Positions 18,995 through 28,705 of a stretch of DNA of 64,000 nt are shown piece by piece. Numbering within the stretch: position 1 is the stretch's first letter; each line of letters starts with the position of its first letter. Source of the DNA: a virus (taxonomy: Duplodnaviria; Caudoviricetes); IMG/VR virus record IMGVR_UViG_3300037601_000024, positions 8,412 through 72,411 of that record. One strand, given 5' to 3'. The position numbers and the translations under genes are program-made. The notes beneath the pieces were generated by a model that saw only the letters and a list, made by a program, of their open reading frames with translations, was not told where the DNA came from and ran no database searches.

Positions 18995-21009
18995 AAATAA
19001 CAAACGTAACAATCGAAAACTTCCTGGGGATTGGTACAGCAAAAATCAGTCTGCAAGATAAGGGACTGGTATTAGTCCAGGGACAAAACTTAGACGATCC
19101 GTCGGCGGACTCCAACGGCTCCGGCAAGTCGTCTATGATCGATGCTGTGTTCTGGGGTCTCTACGGTAAGACCGCGCGTGGCCTTGGTGGTGACGATGTG
19201 ATCAACCGAGTGATCGGCAAGCAGTGCGTCGTAACGATTGAGCTGGAAGACGGTACACAGACAGCGAAGATTACTCGCTGGAGAAAAGCCAAAGGTTTCC
19301 ATAAGCGATCCGGCGTTGTTATCGAGATCAACGGTTCCGATTGCTCAGGCGGCACAGACGCACTTACACAAGCCGAGATCGACAAGGTTGTAGGTTGCAG
19401 CGAGCAAGTCTTCGCCGCCGCTGTCTACGCAGGACAGGAAGCGATGCCAGACATCCCTTCCCTCACCGATCGCCAGTTGAAGTCACTGATCGAGGAAGCT
19501 GCCGGCATTGACCTGATCGAGGAAGCTTACGTCGTTGCGCGGGAGGTTGTTCGCGATGCACAGGAAGCGCAAGATAAGTTCTCCGACGCCTTAGACTTAG
19601 TTCGTTCATCGGTTGAACGCGTCGAGGGTCAGATAGCTACCGTCGAAGATGACATCGAAGGGTGGGAAAAGACACGCGAGTCTCGTGTGAAACAAGCTAC
19701 GGATGAAGCTGCGGAACTGAAAACACGCGCCACCGACGTAAAGAAAGAAATCGCGGACTTCGACGAAAAGGGAATCAACGATCAAATCAAAAAGATCGAC
19801 GACGAGATATCGGCTTTGGATGAGCAAATGCAGGAGATCGATAAAGAGATCGCCGGCGTTTCCGAAGAGAACGAGAAGGCTCGCAAACTTGGTGAAGACG
19901 TTTTAAACGCACGTCACTTATTCGACGACGCGACCAAAACCGCAAAACGGATCGCCGAGACATTCAAGAAACAGAAGAGCAAGTTTGAAAACGTCGAGTC
20001 TCAAGTCGGCGAACCTTGTGGTGAATGCGGCAAGCTCACGACTGAAGAAGACTTGGCTGATGTGAAAGCGAATCTGAAAGAGACTTTGCGCGAGCTAAAG
20101 GAAACGTATGAAGGCGCTCGCGATGACGCCGCTGATCTAAAAGCTAAATTGGAAGAGTGTGAGACCGCGCGCGATGAATTCGAAGCGCAACGCACCGACA
20201 TTAGCGCACAGCAAGCGCAGCAGCGCGAGTTAACTTCTAAACAGCGCGATCTTACCTCTGACAAAAACAAGCTCTCAGCGACGCTCTCTGAGCTTCCCAG
20301 ACTGAAGGATCGATATTCCAATTTGAAGGAGCGTTTCGATGCGAAGCGTCAGGACATCAAGAAGCTCAAGGAAGAGAAAAACCCGCACGGAAAATCCCTC
20401 GATCGTTACAAGACGGAACTGGTCGAAGCTCAAAAGGCGGTCGAAGAGAAAGAAGTTGAATACGCCAATGCGGCGGAACATCTGGTGGTCGCCAAAGCGG
20501 CAGCGCAGGTCTTTGGACCTAAAGGCGTCCGAGCGCACATTCTTGATACCGTCACACCTTTCCTCAACGATCGCACGGCTCACTACCTAAGCACGTTGTC
20601 AGACGGCTCTCTCGAAGCGATCTGGTCAACGCTGACCGAAGGACGCGACGGCGAGCTGAAAGAAAAGTTCACAATCGGCGTGGAGAAGTATGGAACAGGT
20701 ACGTTCGCATCACTTTCCGGCGGTGAGAAGCGGAAGGTTAGACTAGCGACTACCCTCGCCTTGCAGGACTTGGTTGCGTCACGTGCGACCAAGCCAATCA
20801 ATCTATGGATCGGTGACGAAATCGATACCGCGTTGGATCCCGCAGGACTGGAGCGTCTTATGACGCTACTGGAAATGAAAGCGCGTGAAAAAGGTACGGT
20901 TCTAATCGTGTCTCACCACGACCTGAAGGATTGGGTGCGCGACACGGTTGTCGTCACGATGGAAGACAAAGCAGCAAGAGTGGAGGGAGTTCTATGTCCA
21001 GTCCCCTAA
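18991..21009 (+). CDS. sbcC: SbcC/Rad50-like ATPase
   Basis: Walker A NGSGKSS, coiled coil with CGEC zinc hook, signature LSGGE, Walker B IGDE, VSHH. Confidence 0.93.
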   Translation: MKITNVTIENFLGIGTAKISLQDKGLVLVQGQNLDDPSADSNGSGKSSMIDAVFWGLYGKTARGLGGDDVINRVIGKQCVVTIELEDGTQTAKITRWRKAKGFHKRSGVVIEINGSDCSGGTDALTQAEIDKVVGCSEQVFAAAVYAGQEAMPDIPSLTDRQLKSLIEEAAGIDLIEEAYVVAREVVRDAQEAQDKFSDALDLVRSSVERVEGQIATVEDDIEGWEKTRESRVKQATDEAAELKTRATDVKKEIADFDEKGINDQIKKIDDEISALDEQMQEIDKEIAGVSEENEKARKLGEDVLNARHLFDDATKTAKRIAETFKKQKSKFENVESQVGEPCGECGKLTTEEDLADVKANLKETLRELKETYEGARDDAADLKAKLEECETARDEFEAQRTDISAQQAQQRELTSKQRDLTSDKNKLSATLSELPRLKDRYSNLKERFDAKRQDIKKLKEEKNPHGKSLDRYKTELVEAQKAVEEKEVEYANAAEHLVVAKAAAQVFGPKGVRAHILDTVTPFLNDRTAHYLSTLSDGSLEAIWSTLTEGRDGELKEKFTIGVEKYGTGTFASLSGGEKRKVRLATTLALQDLVASRATKPINLWIGDEIDTALDPAGLERLMTLLEMKAREKGTVLIVSHHDLKDWVRDTVVVTMEDKAARVEGVLCPVP

Positions 21010-21335
21010 AAGGAAAATACATCTGCTTCACTGGTAAGCTGGATGACTTCACACGAGCCGATCTCGAGGAAATGGCTGAAGAGTACGGCTTCACGTTCAT
21101 GAATAGCGTGACCAAGTCGACCGACATTTTGGTGAAGGGTGAAAAGCCAGGAAAGACCAAGGTCGATAAAGCGTTTAATCAGGGTGTGCGTATCATCAGC
21201 GCCGAGGATTTTCTTCATCTACTGATGGCCAACGATGATCTAGGTCTTCCAGAGCCGAAGGTGAAGGAAACCAAGACACAAAAGAAAGAGCGCCTTGGTT
21301 ACTACGAGCAACACGAGCAAGCCGGAATCTTTTAA
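20994..21335 (+). CDS. Stand-alone BRCT-domain protein with C-terminal tag
   Basis: LKGKYICFTGKL...SVTKSTDILVKGEKPGKTKVDKA...GVRIIS; ends ERLGYYEQHEQAGIF*. Confidence 0.85.
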   Translation: MSSPLKGKYICFTGKLDDFTRADLEEMAEEYGFTFMNSVTKSTDILVKGEKPGKTKVDKAFNQGVRIISAEDFLHLLMANDDLGLPEPKVKETKTQKKERLGYYEQHEQAGIF

Positions 21336-21350
21336 CAGTCATTGTTGACT

Positions 21351-22046
21351 ATGAAGACAATCGAATGGAACGCCGGAGTGAAGATACTGAGTCCGGTCAA
21401 CGCGCACCACTTATCAGGGATAGACGAAATGGAAGGATATCACGGCAGCACTGGTCGATCTACGGATTTAGGTATCTTTGACGAGGTAGCTGAAGCGCAC
21501 GCGACCGGCTTCAAAGACGAGACTGCCGAAGAGCCGCACGCGTTCTCCTACCAGGCCGACCTTGTCGAACTGGACAAGCTGTTTGGCGAATTGCCTGGTG
21601 AACATGCCGATGTGTTCGTTTCCGCGATCCTCTGGGACGAAGAGCAAGACGCACGAACCGGCGAGTCTATTCGGATCGCTCCCGGTGAGTTGCTGGTCCC
21701 CTATCGCCTGCGCCTGGGTAATAAGGGTCAGCTTCAGTTCCTTGTGTGGTGGAGCCGCGAAGAAGGACATCGTGCACCGTTGGTCGTGAACCGATCAACT
21801 TTGGAAGACCTTCTGCCAGCGACCTATGCCAAGCTGGAAGAGAAATTCCTGCAACACAATAGCCGACTGATCTACCTGCTCGAACGAGAGAATAAGGCGG
21901 TGATCGGATCACGAAATCGCGTGATCGAAAGTCTCAATACGGCGATCAAGACGCGCTCCGAAGTGGACCTGCTCAAAGAGATGCAGCGCCGCGAAGAAGA
22001 GCGCACTCAGTCTTACGCAGACGATGACCGCGCGGGGATGTTCTGA
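21351..22046 (+). CDS. Hypothetical protein with C-terminal tag (start may be 21429)
   Basis: Ends ERTQSYADDDRAGMF*. Confidence 0.7.
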   Translation: MKTIEWNAGVKILSPVNAHHLSGIDEMEGYHGSTGRSTDLGIFDEVAEAHATGFKDETAEEPHAFSYQADLVELDKLFGELPGEHADVFVSAILWDEEQDARTGESIRIAPGELLVPYRLRLGNKGQLQFLVWWSREEGHRAPLVVNRSTLEDLLPATYAKLEEKFLQHNSRLIYLLERENKAVIGSRNRVIESLNTAIKTRSEVDLLKEMQRREEERTQSYADDDRAGMF

Positions 22047-22297
22047 TGGACCCCGATTACGCTGAAATGTTCTATCCCGAATACATCGACCTGGGGCAAG
22101 GCAGAAGACTTCCTGCCGGCGCCATGACGTTCGACGCCAGGAAGAAAATGCTGCTCGATTTAATAAACGGCGGCGGACTGTCTAAAGACGCACTAGAGGC
22201 TCTGCTCGAACAGACGAAGAATATCGAGATCGTCGAAGATGAGAAAGACGTTCGCCAGCGACACATCGACAACGATGAGATGGCGGGGATGTTCTGA
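22046..22297 (+). CDS. Hypothetical protein with C-terminal tag
   Basis: TGATG coupling; ends VRQRHIDNDEMAGMF*. Confidence 0.7.
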   Translation: MDPDYAEMFYPEYIDLGQGRRLPAGAMTFDARKKMLLDLINGGGLSKDALEALLEQTKNIEIVEDEKDVRQRHIDNDEMAGMF

Positions 22298-22638
22298 TGG
22301 CCGCACTCTCAAAAGGCCAATTGGACGTACTTCTTAGTAATCCAGGCAATCGCGATTTTTACGACAAGCTCTTCGAAGACATGAAAGAGGCTTCGACTCT
22401 TTCTGATCTTCTGACGAAGCCGATCAAGCACGAACCCGCCGTGTTTTGGGTCGATGAAGCGCACGAATTTGAGAACGAGCGTGAGTACACCTGGCCATCC
22501 TTTCAAGATCGCTGGCATATCGACACGTTTCGCAGAGAAGAAATAAAGCGCTCATACGCAGCCGAGCTTGAAGAAAGCCGCAAGGTCAAAGAACGCACAG
22601 ATTTTTACGAAAACCAAGAAGACGCAGGAGCATTCTAA
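22297..22638 (+). CDS. Hypothetical protein with C-terminal tag
   Basis: TGATG coupling; ends ERTDFYENQEDAGAF*. Confidence 0.7.
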   Translation: MAALSKGQLDVLLSNPGNRDFYDKLFEDMKEASTLSDLLTKPIKHEPAVFWVDEAHEFENEREYTWPSFQDRWHIDTFRREEIKRSYAAELEESRKVKERTDFYENQEDAGAF

Positions 22639-22639
22639 A

Positions 22640-23224
22640 ATGAAAATAACAATAGCCGGGATTGATCCAGCGTTGGCCAATTTCGGTCTGGCCAAAGTGG
22701 AGTATGACCTTGAGACAGATACCTTCTCGCCAATCGCCATCAAACTTGTCCAAACTGAAAAGCGAACTGGGAAGACGGTTCGACAAAACTCCGATGATAT
22801 CCGGCGTGCTTCAGAGCTGTGCAGCGGTATGCACGACTGGATCAAAGACTGCCATGTCGTCTTCGCGGAAATTCCAACCGGATCGCAGAGCGCTCGGGGA
22901 GCCTTCTCCAATGGAACCTGCCTCGGGATACTGGCAAGTATTGGAAAGAGCACTGGTTATAGTGGACGACTCATCCAAGTTCTCCCACACGAAGTTAAAC
23001 TGGCCGCCGTTGGTTCCAAGCACGCCTCTAAAAGCGAGATGATCGAGTGGGGTTATGAACTCTATCCCGAACTTGATTGGTTCATGCACCGAGGAAAGCC
23101 GCAGAATAAGAACGAGCACATGGCCGATGCTCTCGCGTCAATCCACGCCGGATTGATGACCGACGAATTCGCCAATCTCGCACAGTCGCTGAATTTGATC
23201 GTCAAAACTCAAAATCAAGACTAA
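22640..23224 (+). CDS. ruvC: RuvC-like Holliday junction resolvase
   Basis: IAGIDPALANFG, FAEIP, EVK...ASKSEM, EHMADA. Confidence 0.85.
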   Translation: MKITIAGIDPALANFGLAKVEYDLETDTFSPIAIKLVQTEKRTGKTVRQNSDDIRRASELCSGMHDWIKDCHVVFAEIPTGSQSARGAFSNGTCLGILASIGKSTGYSGRLIQVLPHEVKLAAVGSKHASKSEMIEWGYELYPELDWFMHRGKPQNKNEHMADALASIHAGLMTDEFANLAQSLNLIVKTQNQD

Positions 23225-23294
23225 AATTGTAAGTCATTTTTGACTATCATATTAGGTTCGCTCTAATACTCGAACTCACAAAATAAGGTATCCA

Positions 23295-25139
23295 ATGTCG
23301 GAACTCGAAACCTTCCGTGGCAGAACGCGCTGCGGGAAAGAAAGAACAATTGTCCTCAATAACGCACGTGACGCCAACCTGACCGAATTCGGTAAAGTCA
23401 CACTCCAAGATCGCTACCTTCTGCCAGGCGAGTCGTATCAGCGCCTTTTCGGCCGCGTTGCAGCCGCCTACTCCAAGAGCCAGGAACACGCTCAACGCCT
23501 CTACGATTACATGTCCAAGCTGTGGTTCATGCCGGCCACTCCAGTTCTGTCGAACGGTGGCACCGATCGCGGTATGCCAATCTCGTGCTTCCTGAACAGC
23601 GTCGAAGACTCGCTGGAAGGCATCTCGGAAACTTGGAATGAAAACGTCTGGCTCGCGGCGCGTGGTGGCGGTATTGGAACCTACTGGGGCAACGTCCGCT
23701 CAATCGGTGAGAAGATCGGTGAAGTTGGCGAGACCTCCGGCGTTATCCCGTTCATTAAAGTGCAGGACTCGCTCACCCTCGGCATCTCGCAAGGTTCACT
23801 CCGGCGCGGCTCCGCAGCGGTCTACCTCGACGTTGACCATCCAGAGATTGAAGAGTTCATCGAAATCCGCCTTCCGACTGGCGATCCAAACCGACGCTCT
23901 CTGAACATCCATCACGGCGTGAACATCTCCGACGCGTTCATGGAAGCGGTGAAAGCCGGTGACATGTGGGATTTGAAATCTCCGCGCACTGGTGAAGTGG
24001 TCAAGTCCGTTCCGGCACGGAATATCTGGACCAAGATGCTCCAGACCAGGCTGAAGTCAGGCGAGCCGTACATGCTCTTCGTCGATACGGTGAACCGCGC
24101 CATTCCGGAGCATCAAAAGCAGCTCGGACTGAAGGTGACACAGTCAAACCTTTGTTCAGAGATCACGCTGCCGACCGGCATTGATCACCTTGGCAACGAT
24201 CGCACGGCTGTGTGCTGCCTGTCTTCGCTGAACGCGGAGAAGTTCTTTGAGTGGGAAGGCGACTCTCAGTTCCTTTCCGACGTGCTCCTGTTCGCCGACG
24301 AGGTGTTGCAAGACTTCATCGACCGCACCGATGGCGTCACTGGATTTGAGAAGGCGCGTTACTCTGCGATGCGTGAGCGGTCCATCGGCATTGGATTGAT
24401 GGGTTTCCATTCGCTGCTTCAGTCGATGAATGTGCCGATGGAAGGTCCGATCGCCAAGTCGATGAACCGTAAGATTTGGCGCTGGATGAAAGAGACCGGT
24501 GATCAGGTTAACCTCGTGGCCGGCCACAAGTACGGTCCATGTCCGGATGCTGAAGACGCCGGACTGTCGAAGCGATGGTCAAACATGTTCTCGATCGCGC
24601 CAACCGCATCGATCTCCATTATCTGCGGCACGACTTCGCCTTGTATAGAGCCGTTCTCCACGAACATCTTTACCCAGAAGACGCTCTCTGGCTCGTTCAC
24701 GGTGAAGAACAAATATCTCGACGCCTTGCTGCGCGAAAGAGCCGAAGAGGTCGGCCACGATGACGCGTGGGTCGAAGGTTCATGGCAGATCATCCTCGCA
24801 GATGAAGGGTCGGTACGAAAGATCGCCGAACTGAGCGATCTTGAGAAGGACGTGTTCAAGACGGCGTTTGAGATCGATCAACGTTGGCTGCTGGAACATG
24901 CGGCCGACCGCGCTCCGTTTATCTGCCAGGCGGCGTCCAACAACCTGTTCCTCCCCGGCGACGTGAACGCTCGGGATCTTCACTACCTGCACTTCGGAGC
25001 ATGGGAGAAGGGAATCAAATCTCTCTACTATTGCCGCTCTAAGTCTATCCAGCGCGCCACAAGTGTCGGTCATGTTGCTGGCGAAATGCCAGAGCCGGAA
25101 CAGCAAACCCAATATGATGTGTGCCTCGCATGTCAGTAG
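23295..25139 (+). CDS. nrdA: Ribonucleotide reductase class Ia alpha subunit (no ATP cone)
   Basis: ATPVLSN, PISCFL, GGGIG, SNLCSEI, APTASIS, KSLYYCRS, C-terminal CLACQ. Confidence 0.95.
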   Translation: MSELETFRGRTRCGKERTIVLNNARDANLTEFGKVTLQDRYLLPGESYQRLFGRVAAAYSKSQEHAQRLYDYMSKLWFMPATPVLSNGGTDRGMPISCFLNSVEDSLEGISETWNENVWLAARGGGIGTYWGNVRSIGEKIGEVGETSGVIPFIKVQDSLTLGISQGSLRRGSAAVYLDVDHPEIEEFIEIRLPTGDPNRRSLNIHHGVNISDAFMEAVKAGDMWDLKSPRTGEVVKSVPARNIWTKMLQTRLKSGEPYMLFVDTVNRAIPEHQKQLGLKVTQSNLCSEITLPTGIDHLGNDRTAVCCLSSLNAEKFFEWEGDSQFLSDVLLFADEVLQDFIDRTDGVTGFEKARYSAMRERSIGIGLMGFHSLLQSMNVPMEGPIAKSMNRKIWRWMKETGDQVNLVAGHKYGPCPDAEDAGLSKRWSNMFSIAPTASISIICGTTSPCIEPFSTNIFTQKTLSGSFTVKNKYLDALLRERAEEVGHDDAWVEGSWQIILADEGSVRKIAELSDLEKDVFKTAFEIDQRWLLEHAADRAPFICQAASNNLFLPGDVNARDLHYLHFGAWEKGIKSLYYCRSKSIQRATSVGHVAGEMPEPEQQTQYDVCLACQ

Positions 25140-25238
25140 GGACAACATAAGCGAAAATGACGTTCCCAACGATATTTAGGTTGTAATTTCAACCTCAATA
25201 TGTTCTCTCTTTGTTCCATTTTTCATAAGGATAATTGT

Positions 25239-26222
25239 ATGTCAGGACTGACAACTCCCCAAGACGGTTACAAACCGTTCCGTTACCCGCAAGCTTACGA
25301 GTTCTGGAAACGCCAGCAGCAAACGCACTGGCTCCCAGAAGAAGTTCCAATGGCGGATGATGTGAAGGACTTCCACCAGAAGTTAACGCCGGCAGAGGTG
25401 AACCTGCTCACCCAGATTTTCCGGTTCTTCACTCAAGGCGACGTGGAGGTGAACGACTGTTATCATCGCCACTATCTCAGCACGTTCAAACCGACTGAGA
25501 TCGTGATGATGCTGACGGCATTTGCTAACATGGAAACCATCCACGTCGCCGCCTATTCTCACCTGCTCGATACGGTCGGAATGCCAGAAAGCGAATACGC
25601 CGCATTCCTCGACTACGAAGAGATGAAGGCCAAGCACGACTATCTTCAGCAGTTCAACGCCGACGATCCGTATGAGCTTGCTAAGACGATGGCCGTGTTC
25701 GGTGCATTTACAGAAGGATTACAACTGTTTGCCAGCTTCGCGATCCTTCTGAACTTTCCACGCTGGAACCGGATGAAGGGTATGGGACAGATCGTGACAT
25801 GGTCCGTTCGCGATGAGTCTCTGCACTGCGAAGGTGTCATGTGGCTGTTCCATAAATGGCTGGAAGAACACCCCGAAATCGACCGCACTCTTTTGGGTGT
25901 GGAGCTGCGCATGGCTTGCCAGGAAATCGTGAAGATCGAAGACGCCTTTATCGACCTTGCATTCGAGATGGGTCCGGTGCGCGGTCTGGAGGCGTCGGAA
26001 GTCAAAGAGTACATCCGATACATCGCCGACATGCGTATGGGTGGCCTCGGATACAAGCCTATCTACGGCATTGAAAAGAACCCCCTCCCCTGGTTGGCGG
26101 AAATCCTGAACGGCGTGGAGCACGCGAACTTCTTTGAGGCTCGTGCGACCGAATACTCCAAAAGCGGAATGACCGGTGATTTTGCCGATGTGTTCCGGGA
26201 AATGGACGGGAATAATACGTAA
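25239..26222 (+). CDS. nrdB: Ribonucleotide reductase class Ia beta subunit
   Basis: HWLPEE, FFTQGD, ETIHVAAY, EGLQLF, RDESLH, ANFFE. Confidence 0.95.
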   Translation: MSGLTTPQDGYKPFRYPQAYEFWKRQQQTHWLPEEVPMADDVKDFHQKLTPAEVNLLTQIFRFFTQGDVEVNDCYHRHYLSTFKPTEIVMMLTAFANMETIHVAAYSHLLDTVGMPESEYAAFLDYEEMKAKHDYLQQFNADDPYELAKTMAVFGAFTEGLQLFASFAILLNFPRWNRMKGMGQIVTWSVRDESLHCEGVMWLFHKWLEEHPEIDRTLLGVELRMACQEIVKIEDAFIDLAFEMGPVRGLEASEVKEYIRYIADMRMGGLGYKPIYGIEKNPLPWLAEILNGVEHANFFEARATEYSKSGMTGDFADVFREMDGNNT

Positions 26223-26331
26223 TTGTTGACAATTATTCGGACGCGGTGTCTAACTGTCTCACGAACTATAACACCGCGTCAGACGGTGCTCCCAAAAACT
26301 AAACTCGAAACAAAATAGAGGTACAATTTAC

Positions 26332-27219
26332 ATGACAATTAGCAGCCGACTCATCACCGCTCCCACGGTGGTGCCAATCGCCTGGTCTAAGATCGACTAT
26401 TCCGCGCTCTTGGCGTGGTCCGCGTCTCAGGAACTCGTTGACGTGGCATTGGATGAACAAACCCCACTTGGAAAGATTGCATCAAGCGTCGCCGTAGAAC
26501 GCAGCACTCATCAAACCGGTGCGAAGCCAGAATTCTCCAGCATCGACTTGCTGCCAGAACTCGCAGGGCGCTTCTGCTACGGTTCCTGGCGTAAAGGTCG
26601 ATCCACACCAGCGTACTACGAAAACATCCGCGAAGAAGGCCACGGTTCGATCCTCGAACATGCGAACATCACGCTCGCAATCTCCGGCGTCTCTCGTTCG
26701 CTGACGCATGAGCTGGTCCGTCACCGCGCAGGTTTCGCAATCAGCCAAGAGTCTCAGCGCTACGTGAACGCGAACGACATTAAGTTCGTTGTCCCTCCCC
26801 TGCTGCTGCACATCGCTCGTAGCAACCTGTCCGGCTCAGAGCTGGAAGATTGGTTCCAAAATCAGAATGCCGCGCTGGAAGCGTATGAATCTGATCAGGC
26901 GCTCTATCAGGAAATCTTGGAAGCGGACGGCTTCGCCGGTCACACTCGCAAGAAGCGTGCGAACGAAGCGGCGCGTGCGCAGCTTCCCAATGCTGTTGAG
27001 ACCAAGCTGATCTGGACTGGCAACATTCGTTCGCTACGCCACTTCCTCGCGACACGCGGCGGTGCAGGTGCGGACTTGGAAATCCGTCGTCTGGCGATCG
27101 AGGTTCTTCGCGCTTGCGAAATGCTGGCTCCAGAGAACTTCATGGATATCGAGACTGTGGACGCCACTGACGGCGACTTCGGTGTCGGAACCATCGTCGC
27201 AACCAACCCAAAGGTGTAG
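26332..27219 (+). CDS. thyX: FAD-dependent thymidylate synthase
   Basis: GHGSILEH, ELVRHR...SQESQRY, NIRSLRHFLATR, EIRRLA. Confidence 0.93.
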   Translation: MTISSRLITAPTVVPIAWSKIDYSALLAWSASQELVDVALDEQTPLGKIASSVAVERSTHQTGAKPEFSSIDLLPELAGRFCYGSWRKGRSTPAYYENIREEGHGSILEHANITLAISGVSRSLTHELVRHRAGFAISQESQRYVNANDIKFVVPPLLLHIARSNLSGSELEDWFQNQNAALEAYESDQALYQEILEADGFAGHTRKKRANEAARAQLPNAVETKLIWTGNIRSLRHFLATRGGAGADLEIRRLAIEVLRACEMLAPENFMDIETVDATDGDFGVGTIVATNPKV

Positions 27220-27222
27220 CGT

Positions 27223-27696
27223 ATGTTCCGATTTATCGTGGAAGACCCACGTGTGATCGACTCACACACCGGCCGAGTTAAGCAGTTCTTGCGAGGCTCA
27301 AACAGTGCGGCAGGTTTTGACCTCGTCGCGTGGCCGAAAGAACCCGTCGTGCTGCAAGCTGGTGCGCCAGCGCGGCTCATCCCTCTCGGCGTGAAGCTCT
27401 TCATTGAAGACCCTTCCTACTTCGGCGCGATCTATCCGCGCTCCGGTAAGGGTCACAAGGAAGGTCTGGTGATGGGCAACAGCACCGGCATCATCGACGC
27501 GGATTACCAAGGCGATCTGTTCGTGTCTGCTCTGAACCGAAACCAGAACGGCTACGCACCGATCCGGATTAATCCCGGCGATCGCATCGCGCAGATCGTG
27601 TTCCAGCGCTACCTGGCGCCAGAACTGATGCGCGTTGACAACTTTGAAACTGAAACATCGCGCGGAGCCGGCGGCTTCGGCTCAACTGGGGTATAA
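27223..27696 (+). CDS. dut: dUTPase (trimeric type)
   Basis: AGFDL, PRSG, GIIDADYQG, GDRIAQ, RGAGGFGSTG. Confidence 0.95.
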   Translation: MFRFIVEDPRVIDSHTGRVKQFLRGSNSAAGFDLVAWPKEPVVLQAGAPARLIPLGVKLFIEDPSYFGAIYPRSGKGHKEGLVMGNSTGIIDADYQGDLFVSALNRNQNGYAPIRINPGDRIAQIVFQRYLAPELMRVDNFETETSRGAGGFGSTGV

Positions 27697-27700
27697 GGGA

Positions 27701-28384
27701 ATGGAAGAACTTCTCGAAGACGGCATGTATGAAGATGTCGATTATGTTCCGAGTCCGCCAATCAGTGCGCTCGGAATGGGTCTCACCGGATCGCACCGAA
27801 CCGGAAAGACCACGCTCGTTAAAACGCTCTCAGAGATCAACGAGGCGCCTATTGCGCTATCGTCCGCGTCTGCGGTCGCTGAAGAGATGGGTATCGATCT
27901 AACGAAGCCTCTCTCATTTGAGCTCCGCTTGGCTTTTCAGGAACGGCTGCTGACCGCCTATGAGCAACTTTACGCCAGCTATGACTGTCTGTTCTTTGCA
28001 GATCGGACGCCGCTCGATCTTGCCGCCTATCTGATTGCAGATGTGCCGAATGATCTCACCGACGAGAGTGTCATCCAGCGGGTTGGCGAGTACGTCGAGC
28101 GCTGTATGGCGGTGACAGAGATCTTTTTCTGTCAGGTGACGATGGTTCAGCCGGGTATCGAGTATGTGCCGGAGCCAGGTAAGCCGCTTCCGAACTCGGC
28201 CTATCAGGAAGCCATCAACACGATCATCCTCGGACTTCTCTACGATGACCGCCTTGAGGTGAACTTCGACGTTCTGCCGCGACAGTTGACTGACCACAAT
28301 GAGAGAATCCGGTGGATCTCGACCCAAGGTCAGCGAACAATGGCAGAATTCATCGCGAAAGTGCGTGAATTGCCAAGCTGCTAG
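27701..28384 (+). CDS. P-loop nucleotide kinase-like protein
   Basis: GLTGSHRTGKTTL; FADRTPLD. Confidence 0.75.
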   Translation: MEELLEDGMYEDVDYVPSPPISALGMGLTGSHRTGKTTLVKTLSEINEAPIALSSASAVAEEMGIDLTKPLSFELRLAFQERLLTAYEQLYASYDCLFFADRTPLDLAAYLIADVPNDLTDESVIQRVGEYVERCMAVTEIFFCQVTMVQPGIEYVPEPGKPLPNSAYQEAINTIILGLLYDDRLEVNFDVLPRQLTDHNERIRWISTQGQRTMAEFIAKVRELPSC

Positions 28385-28450
28385 CATTTTCCCAGTTGCG
28401 TTATTGTCAGTCATATGTGACTAATAATAACGCAACGGAGGATATACCGA

Positions 28451-28705
28451 GTGATTCAATCGCCTTCCAACCAGATATTGCCTGACGAGCAATACGAGTT
28501 AACGGCAGAACTAGAGCGGAAATATTTAGAGGCTCTGGCCAATGTTTTGGCGAAGTATGAAGCAGGCGATATCACACTAGATGCAATGATGACGGCATTC
28601 GAGGCAGTCTACATCACTGTATCTGGACTAGTTAACTGGGACGATCTAAACGAAATCATGCAAGAATTCAATCAATATACTAGGCAGGGAGCCAAAGCAG
28701 CATGA
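28451..28705 (+). CDS. Hypothetical protein
   Basis: GGAGG RBS, GTG start, downstream of an operator/promoter. Confidence 0.6.
   Translation: MIQSPSNQILPDEQYELTAELERKYLEALANVLAKYEAGDITLDAMMTAFEAVYITVSGLVNWDDLNEIMQEFNQYTRQGAKAA

Noticed and set aside
570-26222. Inteins or group I introns in helicase, dnaE, recA or nrdA/B
   Set aside because: Lengths are normal, motifs are contiguous, and no intein C...HN junctions or ORF breaks were seen.
8417-27696. Uracil-containing or hypermodified genome
   Set aside because: ThyX and dUTPase are both present, which favours normal thymine DNA, and no base-modification cluster is visible.
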